Origin: Amphiscolops sp. MND2022 | Taxonomy: Eukaryota | Assembly: GCA_964187785.1 (NCBI GenBank) | Contig: OZ076409.1 | Span: forward strand, 81,656,001-81,720,000 | Length of the DNA stretch: 64,000 bases | Direction: 5' to 3' | Shown here: positions 12,223 to 26,296 of the stretch, one piece after another | How the letters are laid out: every line of letters begins with the position of its first letter | How positions within the stretch are numbered: the stretch's first letter is position 1 | The notes under the pieces: generated by a model | Told to the model about the DNA's origin: nothing | Databases searched by the model: none | What the model saw: only the letters and a program-made list of their open reading frames with translations | Made by a program: the position numbers and the translations under genes

Positions 12223-15200
12223 ACACGTTGTTTTGGAGCTTGGAAATGGCAGAGGAAAATCATAATCTATGTTGTGTTTTTTTTCCAATTTCTGCCAAAG
12301 CTCCACGATGTCCATTAACTACTTGACTATTTCCAATATAGTCTTGTTGATTAATCAAAACTCTTATTACTAGCATGATAACCAACATGACACCTGTTCA
12401 ATTACGACGATCTATAAAATCCAGATGCAAGGTTGCTTTCGCTGAAAAACTTGAAAGATATGTCATTTGACGAGGTAACACTTATACTAGAGGAATTATT
12501 CAATGGGCTCTTGAACAAGACATCTAATATTGCGTTGATGTTATTCCAGTGGTTGTGAGACTTATTTAGTGCCTTGATAAGTTATTTCAACGTTTTAGAT
12601 ATTTTACCAGCGCTTTCGGATCTTTTTCCAGTTTTTTTGATTGTCGCGACTCAGCACTTTTCTAGTTTCGAGTGAAATTTAGATAATGCCGCAACCCTCA
12701 CAGAGGTGCGTGGATAAAGAGGACATGGAAGTGTCGGGGAAGAAGAGCTGAGAAAACTAGAACGTTACCTCTTAAAAGAACAAACCAAACAAAACAAGAC
12801 GTTCGCTAAGCATCGGGACATTTTCCTCCCTTTTCGCCTTCATCAACTGAGCCATAGCTATTTTGAGAGGGGAATAGGATCTAAATAATAAGATCTAAAA
12901 TTTAGTGTTTTTAGATCTTATTCCCGTCCTGAAATTCTAGATCTTATTCCCTTTAGATCTTAATACCATTTTTACTTTAGATATTATTTCCCATCTCTCA
13001 TCAGGCTTGAAATGTTGTTCATCAGACTTGTTCATCAGACTTGTTCATCAGACTTGTGCAAGTGGATGGAAGCAAGTGGAATTTTGGCAAATTTTGGAAG
13101 AAAAAAAAAGCAACACAGATCATGATTTTCTTCCCCTATTTGTAAAATATGGGGTCGGAAAATAACAAACTGTATCTATTTATGCATATTTATGTAAGCG
13201 ACCTATTAAGATGGTTTTGATGAGCAGTGTTTATACGTATAATGGACACCGTTTGTGACTTTCAACTGAGTAGTCATCCCAAGCAGCAGCCTTCCAGGCA
13301 GCCTTCCAGGCAGCCAATATTTCAGTCAACATCCAGGTCAGCCATCCCTTTAATTTGATATTTAGTGCAATTCGTAATTAAACGGAGTAAAATTTTTGCT
13401 ATTCTAGTAACTGTGAAATCGCTTGAAAGGGCGACAAAAAGTGAACACGTATTACGAACAAATGTTTTGTTGCTAATCATGCAGTTGGTCTAATTTAAAC
13501 TTTCAGTCAAAACCCCAGTCAGTAGGCAAAAGTTCAGTGACTGAGTATCTACCCCAGGCTCAATACAAATATAGTTGATAGATTCATGTAGTCCGTTCAC
13601 TTTGGACATTATGTTCTTTGATTTTTCGAAAGATAATTAGTGCAGTACTGTAAGTTTTAAATTAGGTAATGAACTCATTTAATATTTGCACTGTAGTCAG
13701 TCGGTTCGTTACGTGTGGAGCTTAGTATTAGTTTGGCAATTGACCCTAGGCTACCAGCCTGAGTCTGGACACCAGGTGAACAGCCTGGATTTTTCCTGGC
13801 ATTTTGTAATATTTGATGTACTCCCTTTAGAATATTTTCCCCATAAATTCCATTTTCGAGTGCAGAAATACAATCATCGGTGTGTGAATGAATGGAAACT
13901 AATCTATTATGAACTTAGTGTTTTCCATAATAAAATTTTACTGAAAAATCCAGCAAAAGGAAGTTAAGAAGTTATTCCCCAGCAATACCAGAAGATATCT
14001 AAATCATTAGACAACAAGGATATGCGAGTTCTAGATTGTCTGAGAGAGACGTTTTCCAGATTACCAGCAAAATAGAAAACAGGGTCTAAAAGAGACTGAC
14101 AGATGCTGAATTTTGACAGAGAGATCCTTCGATTGGTTCAGAAACTTTTTTCGAGAGGAAATTCGCAAGTGGGAGTTCTCGAGAAAGATACTTCTGAAGC
14201 TGATAACCCTACTAAGATAACTCGGCCAATGAGTTATAACAGATTACGTTTCAATTTACCACTTGAAATTTTTGAATTCAATTGTTTCTTTTTCTTAGCA
14301 AAGTCGATTAGCAAGTTTTCTTACCATCTTTGGCTTCTTGATATGATTTTCTTGTCATCTTTTGCTTCTCAGTAAGATTTTTCTCGGAAATATCCTCGTC
14401 ATGATACGATGCAATAGCAAAGTCTTAGCCAAGGTTGTTTCAAGATTGGATTGTGGCAAGATTTGCAAACATTTTCCTAATATATTCACGGAGGATGAAT
14501 CCGGGAGACTGAGACCACAAAACCCCGGCTCTTCAATTTATCTCAATAAGTCAATACGTAAATGCAAGATTTTGCGATTAATAATATTTCTTATCATTTC
14601 AGCTGTTTGAACCAGTTTCCACGAGTCTAAGTTTCACAAACTCACAACGAATTGGTCAAATAGATTGGAAAAGTTGATTTATACATTCACATATTGTTGA
14701 ACTCCTGTTACATGTTTGGCACCTGTTTTCAAAACAAAGTGAAATAACAGCGAAAAGCGCTATCATGCAACCGACTTTGTTTTGTTGATGTTAAGAAACA
14801 TCGACACTATGTGACACTGATATGGCACTTCAGTTGTGCACTATGTTTAGCTTCCTTCAACTCTGGTAGCTACTCTGCTTGAAAACTCAAAACTCAAAGA
14901 AAAGTTTTTCAACGATTTCTCAATAAAAGAACAATTTTCAACAAGATGTCAACAAGAAGGTTCAACATAAGATTAGCCTTATCTACTACTCAATCTGCTT
15001 GTTTTCCACAGATTTTGATTTGTACAGAACTTTTAGGGCAGATCATGATCTCAACCAAGCTATTTGTTCAATGAAATGGAAAACACTAAATAAAATTAGC
15101 AAAGTTTTGTTGTTGAAAGTATCAGCTGAAAAGATATCACGATTCAATAACAGCATTTGAGTATTCCATCACTGAAACTGTCAATAATTAGTTTTCCAGT

Positions 15201-15584
15201 TTTTCATTTTTTCGATTTTTTTGTTAACTTCAACAACTTCAATTTCTTCGGTGCAAGAACAACAACCAAAAAATTTTCCTTCAACAAAACAGAACGTTCC
15301 CGGTATTCGTCAAACGTTTATAAATTTTGGCTCCGAGTGAAATCGTGTTTGAGCTCCAAATGCTCCCGGGTTATCTTTTTTTTAACTTTTCGAAGCTGTT
15401 TTGCATTTTGTTATGGTATGAGAGTTATACCTGAACTGTTGAGTATTAAACTTAGCCTTTTTAGATGTTATTTCATGGTTATTTTTCTAGCTTTCTTGAA
15501 AAAATGGATTATCTTTGTTTTAGAGCGGCTCTTTCAAACAATTTTTCCTGTAAATTTTTCTATGAAACGAACAATCGCTGAGCT

Positions 15585-15835
15585 ACCCTAGAGTTACAAA
15601 ATACAAACCTTGCAAACAATTCGCAAGACGTCTTGCAAGACCTTGCGAAACAATGCATTATTCATGCAAGACGTCTAGCAAGAATCTTGCAAGAAAGTCA
15701 TTGACCCTGCAAGAATCTTGCAAGACAGACATTGACCTTGCAAAAATCTTGCAAGGAAGACAATCAAATTGCAAGGAAGACTTCAAACTTGCAAGAGTTT
15801 GCGGGAAAAAGTCATCGAACAAGAGTTAGCAGGGA
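15585..15835. repeat. Array of short palindromic TCTTGCAAGA motifs, probably a MITE
   Basis: Repeated (CT)TGCAAG(A) units, bounded by CCCT and AGGG. Confidence 0.45.
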
Positions 15836-16664
15836 TTGTTACAATCCTGGAATGATACCTGAGTGAAAGTTGATTTGATCTTCACGGTGTCAGATAAGCT
15901 TCCAGTTCACGAAAGTGTTCAAAATTTTTGATTTTGATGGTTCAAAACTAATTTTATATGATACCAATACCATGAAGTTAAACTAGGATTGCGTTTTTAC
16001 ACTGAGATGAAAATGTATAATTCATGCAAATCAAAAATGCTATGAAGGGGCATCTCGAGGGGGCCTTGTTCGATTGTTCAGGAGAATAACATCAAATCAT
16101 TTCTGCCGCGATTGTCACAAACAAATTAGGATTCGATTCTGCAATTAAAATTTTGTTTGCGACGTCTTTGTTGTTTCCTTGAGCTCCAGTATTAATTCTG
16201 CAAGATCTGTACAAAAAGAAACATTTAGATTAATAATAGCTACACTAAATACTCTCTAACCTAAATAAAGAAGGACTACTTGGCTGGCTTTTCGATGCAC
16301 TGTCTTAAGAAAGATTTTCCCAGCGGCTTTTCACTTAGTTTCTTCCTCGAAAAACAAAACAACTGTCGACTTCAGTTCTCAAAACGAATGATTCGAGTTG
16401 ATGACAAACGTTTAATTTTACACTGGTAAACAAAGCTTATTTGACAGTCCTGCGTGTTCCCTTAACCAGAGTTAATTTGTAAAAGTTAAAAATTATGGAA
16501 AAACAACTGTGGCAAATCCTACTTAACGTAGGGTCTTCTTTAGCAGATGAAACTTGACTTGATCGAAAACGGCAAAGAAACTGACTTCTAAAGGTAGTTG
16601 TTGGTTTGGTCTTTCCCTGTCTTCGTTAGACAAGCAGCAGATCAAAGCGGATGTAAAAATTAAA

Positions 16665-16975
16665 AGTTCTGATATAACGTTTTCGAAGTTCGAATAAAAC
16701 TTTTCAGAGATCAGATGTAGCATTTCAAAATTGTGATACAACGTTTTCAGAGTTCGGATATAACGTTTTCAAAGTTCGGTTAAAATTTTTCACAGTTCGG
16801 ATGTAGATTTTCAAAATTGTGATACAACGTTTTCAAAGTTCGGATACAACGTTTTCAAAGTTCGGATGTGACGTTTTCAAAGCTCAGTTGTAACGTTTTC
16901 AAAGTTCGAATGCGAAATTTTCAAAAAACGAATATAACGTTTTCATAGTTTGGATGTAAGGTTTTCAAAGTTCAA
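16665..16975. repeat. ~22-bp minisatellite (AACGTTTTCAAAGTTCGGAT..)
   Basis: About 14 degenerate tandem units. Related inverted units occur near 58780-58880. Confidence 0.75.
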
Positions 16976-17351
16976 CTTATTCGTCAGTTGTTCTTCTCAT
17001 AATACAAGCTTTTTAATAGAAGCTTTTCAAGGTCTTTTAATGGAAGCTTCGACAGCCATTTTACACTATATGAGAGACTCCTAAATGCACACTTTCTACA
17101 GAATTGTAAACCGGGAGGTGGAAGTCATTTTGCGAGTAGGCCTATTTTGACTTTTTGTTTTCAAAAAGGAAACAAAAATGGTCTTTTTTAAAAAATGGTC
17201 TTTCGATTAGCAACTGGTACTTCTGAGTAAGAATCTGGAAGTCACCCTAACTTTTCAATATTTTGTGGACTTGATTTAATGACTAAAGTATGAGACACTC
17301 CCAACCCGTAGTTCATCTGGTCAATTTTTTCCTCAGTCGAAAGGAATACAA

Positions 17352-18082
17352 AACAAGCCGGGAACGGCATCAGTCGGCGCCATATCTAAAGCTCAAAATT
17401 AGCAAAAGGACATGAAATTGTCAAAAAACTCAACGAACTTTGTTGAGTTTTTTGACACTTTCATGTCCTTTTGCTAATTTTGCACTTGAAGTATCAAACT
17501 CACGAAATACCCAAACGACGGAACTAAAAGAGGGATCCTTTCGCGTTTTTTAACATCCATTGTTGCAAAACATCAAAAAATTGAACGGTGAAAAAAATTC
17601 CGAAAAAAGTCTCACAATGCCGAAAATTACTGAAAGGGGGGACCCTTCGGGATTTTTCAACATCCATTGTTGCCAAATATCAAAAAAAATGAAGAGGGAC
17701 CCTTTGGGTTAGAAGAAAATTTTCGAAAAAAATTCTCACAATGCCGAAAAAACTGAAAAGGGGGACTCTTTGGGTTTTTTCAGCACCTATGCAGTCGCAA
17801 AACATCAAAAAAATGAAGGGGAACCTTTGGCGAAAAAATGTGGAAAAAAGTCTCGCAATGCCGAAAAAAAACTGAAAAGGGGGACCCTTTAGTCTCTCTC
17901 GATATTGCATGTTACGCGGAAAAGAGGAACACCTTTTTGGTTCAGTTCGCTAGGCCAAATGATTCAATTACGGATCATAAAGTTTTGTAGAACTTTTGTA
18001 GAACTATTTTGGCCAGTTCGTGTGGATTGAAAAAAAGAGTCACTATAATAGTCGCGTTTCACTTCATGAAGCTCCGACTAAA
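17352..18082 (-). mobile_element. HINE/DINE-1-like element, copy D, with internal tandem repeats and a fold-back palindrome
   Basis: AACAAGCCGGGAACGGC..AGTCGGCGC at one end and AGTCGCG..CCGACTAAA at the other; three ~120-bp central repeats. Confidence 0.7.
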
Positions 18083-18999
18083 TACTTTCTTTAGCATTTT
18101 GTAGTTCCTGGATTCCAAACCAGCTCCTCATTATCAGATTATTATGTATCTTATTAAATAGAACTATAATATTGTGGTTTTCTAATAGAAGTTTGAGCTA
18201 GAAATTGAAAATTCTGTGGTTTGAACAGCAGAAAAAGTTGATTCTGGTTTTGAAAAACTCCTAAATTGTCAAAGAGGCCCGCTGACTAAATGGGAATTCA
18301 ATCAGTGTACATCAGTGTCACGTCAACACCTATCGAGGGAAAACATTAATTGTCATCGAAACTGATATTAAAAGCATGTATATCATTTGGTCTTCATAGT
18401 CATCAACTTTCATCAATTTATGTAACTCACTCTGAAATCCGTTATATAATCAGATTTTAACGACAAGTTCAAATATTGAGAAAACATGTCACATATTGGG
18501 GTGTTCGTTTGTTTGAATTCGTTTGTCGATTTGATAAAGATTTGGCTTTAGAATGGGAGACTTTCAGTCGATTAATCCCACGTTTGATTCAATGGTGAAT
18601 GGTATCAGTTGAAAGATTGTTAATCTACTTTACTTTACTGTAATCTACTTTGTGCTTCCTTCGGTTCAATTTGGCTTCTCAATTGAGTTATTGAAAAGAG
18701 AATCACGCAATGTATTTATTCATTAATGAAAATAGGAGACAGTGGCAAGCAAATTTTATAGTATTATTTAAGATTTTCTCACGATTTTTTAACGGTGGCT
18801 GACAGTAACCGTTTGACGGTTTGAAAATTTGCATTTAGTGAATTCGTTGAAAATGTCAGAAGTTCTCCGTTGGCAGCAGTAACGAAAGGTTTCTTAGCTT
18901 GATCAAAGAAGACTAGAAAAACACAAACTTGCTACCTTTTCCACAGATGACGAGACTTTAGATAATCATTTTGATGACAAAATTACATTCACCAAGATA

Positions 19000-19409
19000 A
19001 ACAAGACCGGAACGTCTCAAGTCGGCGCTATATCTAAGGCTCAAAAAGCGCAAAACATTTTTTTAGAAAAAAACTTGAAATTCTCGAATAAAAATTCTTT
19101 CGGAAAATGTCGCACAGTGCCGAAAAATGTAAAAGGGGGGACCCTTTTTGATTTATAAACACGCATTCTGTAGCAAAATAACAAAAAACTCAAAGGGGGC
19201 CCCTTTAGTCCCGTCCGGGCTTGTAGGTAACGTTTGAAAAGTAAAAAACTAAAGGGGGGATCCTTTGGAATAATTTACATGCGTTTCCCTGGTATTTAGT
19301 TCGCTTTAGTTGAACGTTAACGTTCGTCGCTTCGAGTCTGTCTTAAATAAAAAAAAACGAGTGACTGTAATAGTCGGGCTCTTTTCTTAAGAAAAGCGCC
19401 CACTAAAAA
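19000..19409 (-). mobile_element. HINE/DINE-1-like element, copy E
   Basis: Same termini as the other copies. Near-identical to copy G except for an internal deletion. Confidence 0.75.
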
Positions 19410-19655
19410 GAGTTCTGAGGGTCTTGGCTAATACCACAACCGATTATGTCTGAACTAAAAAACATCTACCGACGCTCTAACACAGGGAATGACCATCGAA
19501 AATCACAATTCCGAAAGGACTAAAAATTGAACGAAACCAAACCGCTAGAGAGGAATTCCTCTGTAACTTGTGTTTCGTAACCCAATATAGCTGCATTTGT
19601 TGCGTTTATATCTGTATTTTCTGTATCTGGATTTGTCAGTCTTCACCATTATTAC

Positions 19656-20134
19656 CAGGGGTGTGAAATATTGTATTTAAATATATTTTTCAAAAAAATA
19701 AATATATTGTTTGATTCAATTTCATCAATAGATATATTGTATTTATTGTCCTGCGATATTTTAGAAAAACAATAGATTGTGAAATATTTTATTGGGCAGA
19801 GAAACATTCATTTACAAGGCAAACATCCCAATGTTGTTTATTTGTAGAGAAAGTTTATAGTCAAACTTGTTGGCAGGAAGTGTTGCTTCCAGTTCTTTCA
19901 AAGCTTCGTCCACAAAATCTCCATTAATAGTCTTTCACTTCTAGTCTGTTTAGAATGCATATTAAATGAAATTTTATTTCAATTTGGCAATTTTTTTGCG
20001 CAATATATTGTAGAGCTCTGTCAATATTTGCCTCATTTCAATAAATATATTGTATTTTTGCTCCAACTAAATAAATATATTAATTTTATTTGATTGCAAT
20101 ATATTGCAATACAATATAAATTTTTACACCTCTG
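19656..20134. mobile_element. hAT-type MITE
   Basis: TIRs CAGGGGTGTGAAA / TTTTACACCTCTG and a perfect 8-bp TSD ATTATTAC (19648-19655 and 20135-20142). ATATTG subterminal motifs. Confidence 0.8.
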
Positions 20135-20840
20135 ATTATTACAGCGTGCGAGATAAACGAGTCATTTTTCAGGTCAGCTGTGTTTCATATTTGGTCCATT
20201 AATCAGCTTTTTCCACCATTGCATTCTGCGGATATATCGGTTTTGTTCAAACATTGTGTTGTAACGCTTGTGCGTTTGGTTTGAAGTTTATATCCACTTC
20301 AGTGCTTCTTAGTGATTTGTTTTGTACAGTTTTTTTGAATTTTCCCATGAGATCTATCAAGATGTAAAAAATTGGTAGTGCTTGATTTTTCAATTTTGTT
20401 GGTTTTTTTTCCGACAATTTGCTTAACTGGATGCTTAACTAGATTTGCTTAACTTTTTACTTGAGTTCAATTTTCAGTTTTTTGGATGATGACTTTCACG
20501 TCTGACTTTTGAGATTAGTAACTGTTCAGCAAATATCAATTGAAAATCGCTTTTTCTCTTGATTACCATAATGCGTTTTCAATGTTTGCTCGAAGCTTTT
20601 GCTGTTGCGTGGTTTTAATTTTTAGAATTTACTTCTGTTTTGCCGTTTGTTTTAGTTCGACATAGATCTGCTTTTGTTTATTTTTCTATTTATTGACTCG
20701 TCGTGTACTGTTCTTGTGATGGTGTGAACTGCTTTTTGTCCAATTCCCAATGCTGTACGTTGTGTCAAGTCAGTAAAATGGATACAAGTAGTAAAACTTT
20801 CTGCCTTCCTAATTCGGCATTGTCTGTTGGTAAGTATGTA

Positions 20841-22800
20841 TGTACTCTCGATTTAACGAACACCTCGGGACCGGAAAACAAATTTTTGTTCATAAAATCG
20901 ATTCATTCATAAAATCGAATTACAGCTGAACGATGGGTTAACCAAAAAATTTTTATGGACGGCTTTTGTAGGCATCCATCATTTCAGAAGCTGCCAAGTT
21001 CTTGAGGGATTTGAGCAACCCGGTATTGTATGAGCTTGCTTCTGGCTGCTTCTCCAGCCACTGTAACGCCGTGGTTAGAGCGTTGTAAACAGCTGCATGG
21101 GTCACCATTTGACTCGAAACTTCAACTAAACTTCGTCGCTTTCCACTTCCACAGTTTCATCAATGGTGGTAACACTGCTCACAATCTCTTCATCATTCAA
21201 CAAACTATGCCCTGGGTCGTTGATGTCCGTTTGAAGCCAATTTTGTATATGCTCTCCAAATTCCTCGCCTGGAGCCAAAGCCTCCAGAAATTCTCCAATA
21301 TCAGGAAGATCAAGGACTTCTTCGGATGGGTCGTCAGTGGGTTCAGGCCATCAATTTTTCCAACTGCTCTGCAAAGGCACAATTGATACTTCTTCCCAAC
21401 AGTTGCTAATCAAATTGCAAACCTTGAATAAATTCGCCGTTTTCATAAAATCTTCGTAAGTTGTATATTCCGGGGTCTCAAGAGCCAATAAAAAGTCGCG
21501 GAGCAATACCTTTTTATACAAGCGTTTTAGCGTTTCAATAACACCCTGGTCCATTGGTTGTATGAGAGACGTCACTTTTGGGGGCAAAAACGTCACCAAA
21601 AATTTGGAGGTGCTGATTTTGTCCGGATTGGGATGTGCAGAACAATTATTTAAGAGAAGTAAAGCCTTTTTGTCCGAACCCATATTTTGTAACTTTAACG
21701 AGACAAACGGTATAAATTTGTACCTGAACCAATGCTCAAAATTTCCAGCATCCATCCAGGCATTTCTCTGATTGTAGTAGTTGACTTTCAGGGATTCAGG
21801 GGTTCTGTTTTTGAATGCACTAGGATTTTTTTGTTTTCCGATAAAGACCAATGAGAGTCTGATTGACCCAGAAGCATTAGTGCATACCCCCAAAGTAACC
21901 CGATCTTTTGGTGCTTTACGTCTTCGCGCAGAACTGGTTTGTTGAGTTGCATAAGTTCGAGCGGCGGGCAGCATTTTGAATACCAGGCCAGTTTCGCCAA
22001 AGTTGAAAACTTGATGCCGAGAATAGGATGAAACCATAAGCGAAAACGAGTTTGTGAAGGACAATGCGGGTATACGATCAGCAGAGATTTTCTTTCCTTG
22101 GATTGAGACGTTTTTTATTACATGACGTTTGCAGAAGTTCGATATGTAGCCATTACTTATCTGTTATAAAACGCTGGGTCGATTCCAGGTAAATGCTCGC
22201 AAAAATCTGTTGTGCTTTTTCTGACAACATGGTCCAATAATCGGAATGTTTTTCTCTCGCATTTGCCGCACCCGAAGAAATAGCGCAGCATCGAGTTCTG
22301 GGAAAGTTGAGTCTTTGATGTGTTTCTGCTGGTTTGCCGTAGTGGCATTTCCGTTAAAAGTCGAATACCAGGCTCGGAGTTTGGTTTCAGAACCAATAGT
22401 TCCAGAAATCGTTGATTTGGCGATGCCAACTTTTGCGGAAATTTCACTGTAGTCAGTTTTCTTTTCGACCAATGTGCAGATTTCAACTTTTTGTGCAATA
22501 GTTAATGATTTGCGTTTACGCTTTTGTACAGAAAAATCCATTTTGAGAAAAGGGAGTCCAAAGTTACTAAAAACATAAATGCGCCGGCTTTTCAGGCAAT
22601 CAGTGTGTGCGAGCATTTCTGAGAAAAACAAACAAACAAGCGCGCATTTCTGAGAAAAACAAACAAACAAGCGAGCATTTCTGAGAAAAACAAACAAACA
22701 AACAAGGAAGTGGAATCGAGGTCAATCATGCCGCGCAAAGGCGCCGTTCGTTAAATCGAGAGTTCGTTAAATCGAGATTCGTTAAATCGAGAGTCTACTG
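20841..22800 (-). mobile_element. Tigger/pogo DNA transposon (inactive)
   Basis: TIR core ACTCTCGATTTAACGAA at 20844-20860, inverted at 22778-22794. The right end reads CAGT on the minus strand and is flanked by TA. Subterminal TTCGTTAAATCGAG occurs three times. Confidence 0.85.
21351..22541 (-). pseudogene. Tigger/CENP-B-like DDE transposase pseudogene
   Basis: N-terminal HTH (KRKSLTIAQKVEI...AKSTISG), FPELDAAL, and a DDE_1 region with YYNQRNAWM and QPMDQG. Frameshifted; DETG reads GETG and LDN reads LNN. Confidence 0.85.
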
Positions 22801-24645
22801 TAATAGTATTGCCTAAAAGCGGCATTGTAATGCGGTTCGTTGTTCAGTCACGTATTGCATGTCTGGATGACCTTGTGATACTGACTGTCATTTGAAACCG
22901 ATGATGACCGTGACATGTTGTATTCTGATCATTCGGTTACTTGTTTGTGAAACCAGCATGAGGGAAAAACCTACTAAGTATATTTAAGTAAATGATACCT
23001 AATGCAGTCAGTTATAACTATGTCATTTATATTTAAATAAGGGCAATATGAAGCCATGTAAAACGATTAGTGGTTGTGAACAACTCTACAATAGTTGTGA
23101 TTAGACCCGTTCCTTGAATCTGAGTTATGTAATATTTATTATGAGCCTCATGAATCAATTCTGTGGAGTATTCATTTGGAACAATCGAGAAAAATCCAAT
23201 CCAAATCGTTCAAAAAATTAGGATGAAAGAAGAAAAATGGAGCACAACAGCTAGCTAAACCTCGGAGCGAATCTGGTATCTATCTATTTTCTAATGCTCA
23301 TGTAAACGATTTTCTGTTGAAATCTGTAAAAACTGTAGATATCTCAGATCTTTACAGATCTTTACAGCGCCAAACAATGACCAATAAATTACTATAACGT
23401 GTTCCAAGTTAACAGCAATTACTAAAAATACTCCAGCAAACTATGTTGCGGAAACATTATAACAACAACACTCCATCAACACATTAACCAACCCAGAAGA
23501 TTGCCACGTGTCAAGTTTTATCTGCCAAAACGAAGTCAATATGGCAGACGAGCTTCTCAAATTTGAACAACCGCTTCTGGAAACTTCGAGTGGAATAGAT
23601 AAATTAGTGTATGACCTATACCAAATATTCCCCAGACACCAAAATTACCGTGATGGGGTCGATATTTCCTTTTCATGACTTTCGAGTGATGGGGAGTTTC
23701 TACTGACTGACCTTAGGTCAGCTAAAATACTCGATAAAGTAGTTGAAGAAGTCCAAAAATGCAGTATATTGGTTCCTTAGAAGCTGCAGAAAAACATATT
23801 TCTGCAAAAATCTTTAAAGAAAATCTGCACACTTCTGTAAAGATCTTGCAGATCTGTATGGATCTTCAAGATTCAGTGCAACGATCTTTGCAGAACCCTG
23901 CAGAAAAAATCCTGCAGATCTGCACAGATTCGCAAAGATCAAAAACCTGGGTATACTGACTGTATATGTCTTAATAATAATAATGAAACAATGTCTGGAA
24001 TGTGATCATTTCTTAGACGGAAAGTTATCAGCGGTGGAGGTTTTTGAAAGGCAGTCTGGACGCTTCGTATGTCCGCTATAACATAGTGCCTTGGGTTATT
24101 AGTTGCCCTAGTCTTGAATTGAAATACATTGCCTGCTCGCATCGGCAAACTGAAGTATTTGAGTAACGTTAATTCAACCAATCTTCATTTGATCAGAACC
24201 AACAAACAGTATTCAAATTACCAACAAAAACAAATGATTGTATAACGGTTTTTAACAAAATCCTATCATCGAAAAGAGGTTAAAATTCTGTGTAACTCAA
24301 TCATAAAAGGTAAAACTTTAATTTTAATGCTTTCATTGAGCTGAAGATGAATGTTTCATTGGAGCTGTCCACGGCAATCAGGTTAAGGATTGCAAGAACA
24401 TTTGAAATTTCCAATGAGCCAGTACAAATGAAAAGGAAAGAAATGATGGATGCTCCAAAAATCTGAATTGTCTAGCCTTTCGAAAGATAACACCCTGGAA
24501 CCAAAACGCAGCTGCCACTTAATTTTGAGAAGCCAGATTTAAGTTGCTCAAAACTGTTATTTCGCTTTTACTGAGGAGCATTTGGGACAAACTTTGATTC
24601 TACATTCTGTACTGCTTTATTCCCTGAGCGGTTCAAAATCAAATC

Positions 24646-26296
24646 ATGAACCCGTCGAAAAGCATTCTTTTTCTCTTTCTCTGCTTCTTTGTTTTGGGAG
24701 CTTTTGAGTCACGGGAAATGAATCCTGTGGTTGTTTTTGACGTGATGGTGATGAAAAATGAGCTGCCAGAAACTGTTCACGAGTACAGGATTCCAATCAT
24801 GGCCATAGGACCAATTGACAGCACATTGGTTATGTTTGCGGAAGCTCGTTTGGGGTCATCGTCCGATTATGCTGCGAAAAAAATTGTATACAGGTACTCA
24901 ACTGATGATGGATTCACGTGGTAAGTCACTACAATACAGAATACACACGTAAGTTTCATACTCACGCGTATGAATGTCTTTATTGTATCATATTTTTTTG
25001 CAAATATACTGGAGCAATTGTTATAAGACACACCATTTTCATTCTGTGCTTCTTGGGGTTCGACATGCATCTTGACTAACTGTGAAATAATCACTAGAGG
25101 TCTCATAATTTTTTTCTGAAGCTGGAATAATCAGAATAAAAAGACAAATATGACGAAGAAAGCAAAATAAGAGTTTATCTTTTTGCTTTTCCTATTTTAT
25201 TCTGTGTTTTATCAAAATAAACCTCTAGGGTATTCATGGTTTGGATATTTCAGGTCCGAATTCGGTACATTGTTTGAATCTCACTCGAGCGGAAACATTT
25301 TCAATGGAAACGCCATCATCGATTATGAAACGCAAACAATGTTTTTCATTTTCAATTTCTGCCCGCTTCCTTGTATCGATAAAGTGTACGCAAACTACGT
25401 CGTGGAGTCCAAAGACGATGGTAAAACATGGTCTGTGCCTAGAAACATTTCCAATATGATAACATCATTTATGTATGACGGAGGACCCTCTTTGGGTATA
25501 CAGAAAAAACATGAGCCTCACAAAGGACGTTTGATTGCTTGTGGTCATACGGAACCCTTAAGCAGGGATGGACATTTTTGCATCTACAGTGATGACCATG
25601 GTCAAACATGGACCAAAGGACAACCTGTTTTTGGCATTCCTTACAATGAAACCAAAAACACTGGAGATTTCCTACCCGATGAAACCACAATTGTGGAGCT
25701 GCCCAATGGTGATGTAATGGCCAATGCACGTAACCAGTACCATTTCCATTGTCGATGTAGGTTCACTTTAATTTCACGAGACGGTGGTGAAACGTTCGAC
25801 AGAAAGCTGATCCGGATGAATGAAGAACTGCTGGATTCTGCTGTAGCCGCTGGATTGGCTATTTACAATGAAGAAATTCTTCTGTTCACAAACCCCAATA
25901 GCACAACTGTCCGGTATGTGAAACCTTGGTCAATTTTATTCTGTGAAATGAAACTGACTGTATGCAAAAAGGAAAAATAAAACCATACGTAGAGAACAAG
26001 TCTCTAAAACCATACGTATGAAACGTTTTTTATCAGGCTGATCTTTTTATTGATAGTATTCATTTTTCAGAGAACAGCTGACACTGAAATGGTCTAAAGA
26101 CTATGGTTATACATGGAGCGAAGGCATTATGATCTGGCCAATGGGAGCAGCCTATTCCTCAATTGCTGCCTACCCGAGTTATGACCCGACTTCAGAACAG
26201 ACACGAGTGTATGTTACGTACGAGCGATCTTACAGCATTCCCGGAATTTCTTCACTCAATATGGCTGTCATTGATCTTTTCGGTCAACCGAACTGA
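24646..26296 (+). CDS. Sialidase (GH33, NEU1-like) paralog 2; exons 24646-24920, 25254-25913, 26071-26296
   Basis: Signal peptide, YRIP, Asp boxes (STDDGFTW, SKDDGKTW, SDDHGQTW, SRDGGETF, SKDYGYTW), NARNQ, AYSS and YER. Two GT-AG introns lie at the same codon positions as introns 1 and 3 of paralog 1. Confidence 0.9.

Noticed and set aside
11794..12315. 173-aa ORF and similar ORFs at 2394-3462, 17680, 57377 and 60200-60533
   Set aside because: Chance frames through non-coding HINE repeats; the frames are not conserved between copies.
16665..16975. CRISPR-like short repeats
   Set aside because: Contiguous degenerate ~22-bp units without spacers; a minisatellite.
7229..26296. Bacterial origin or contamination of the sialidases
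   Set aside because: Both genes have GT-AG introns at shared positions and animal NEU1-like motifs (GIQK...GRL..CGH, NARNQ..FHCRCR).
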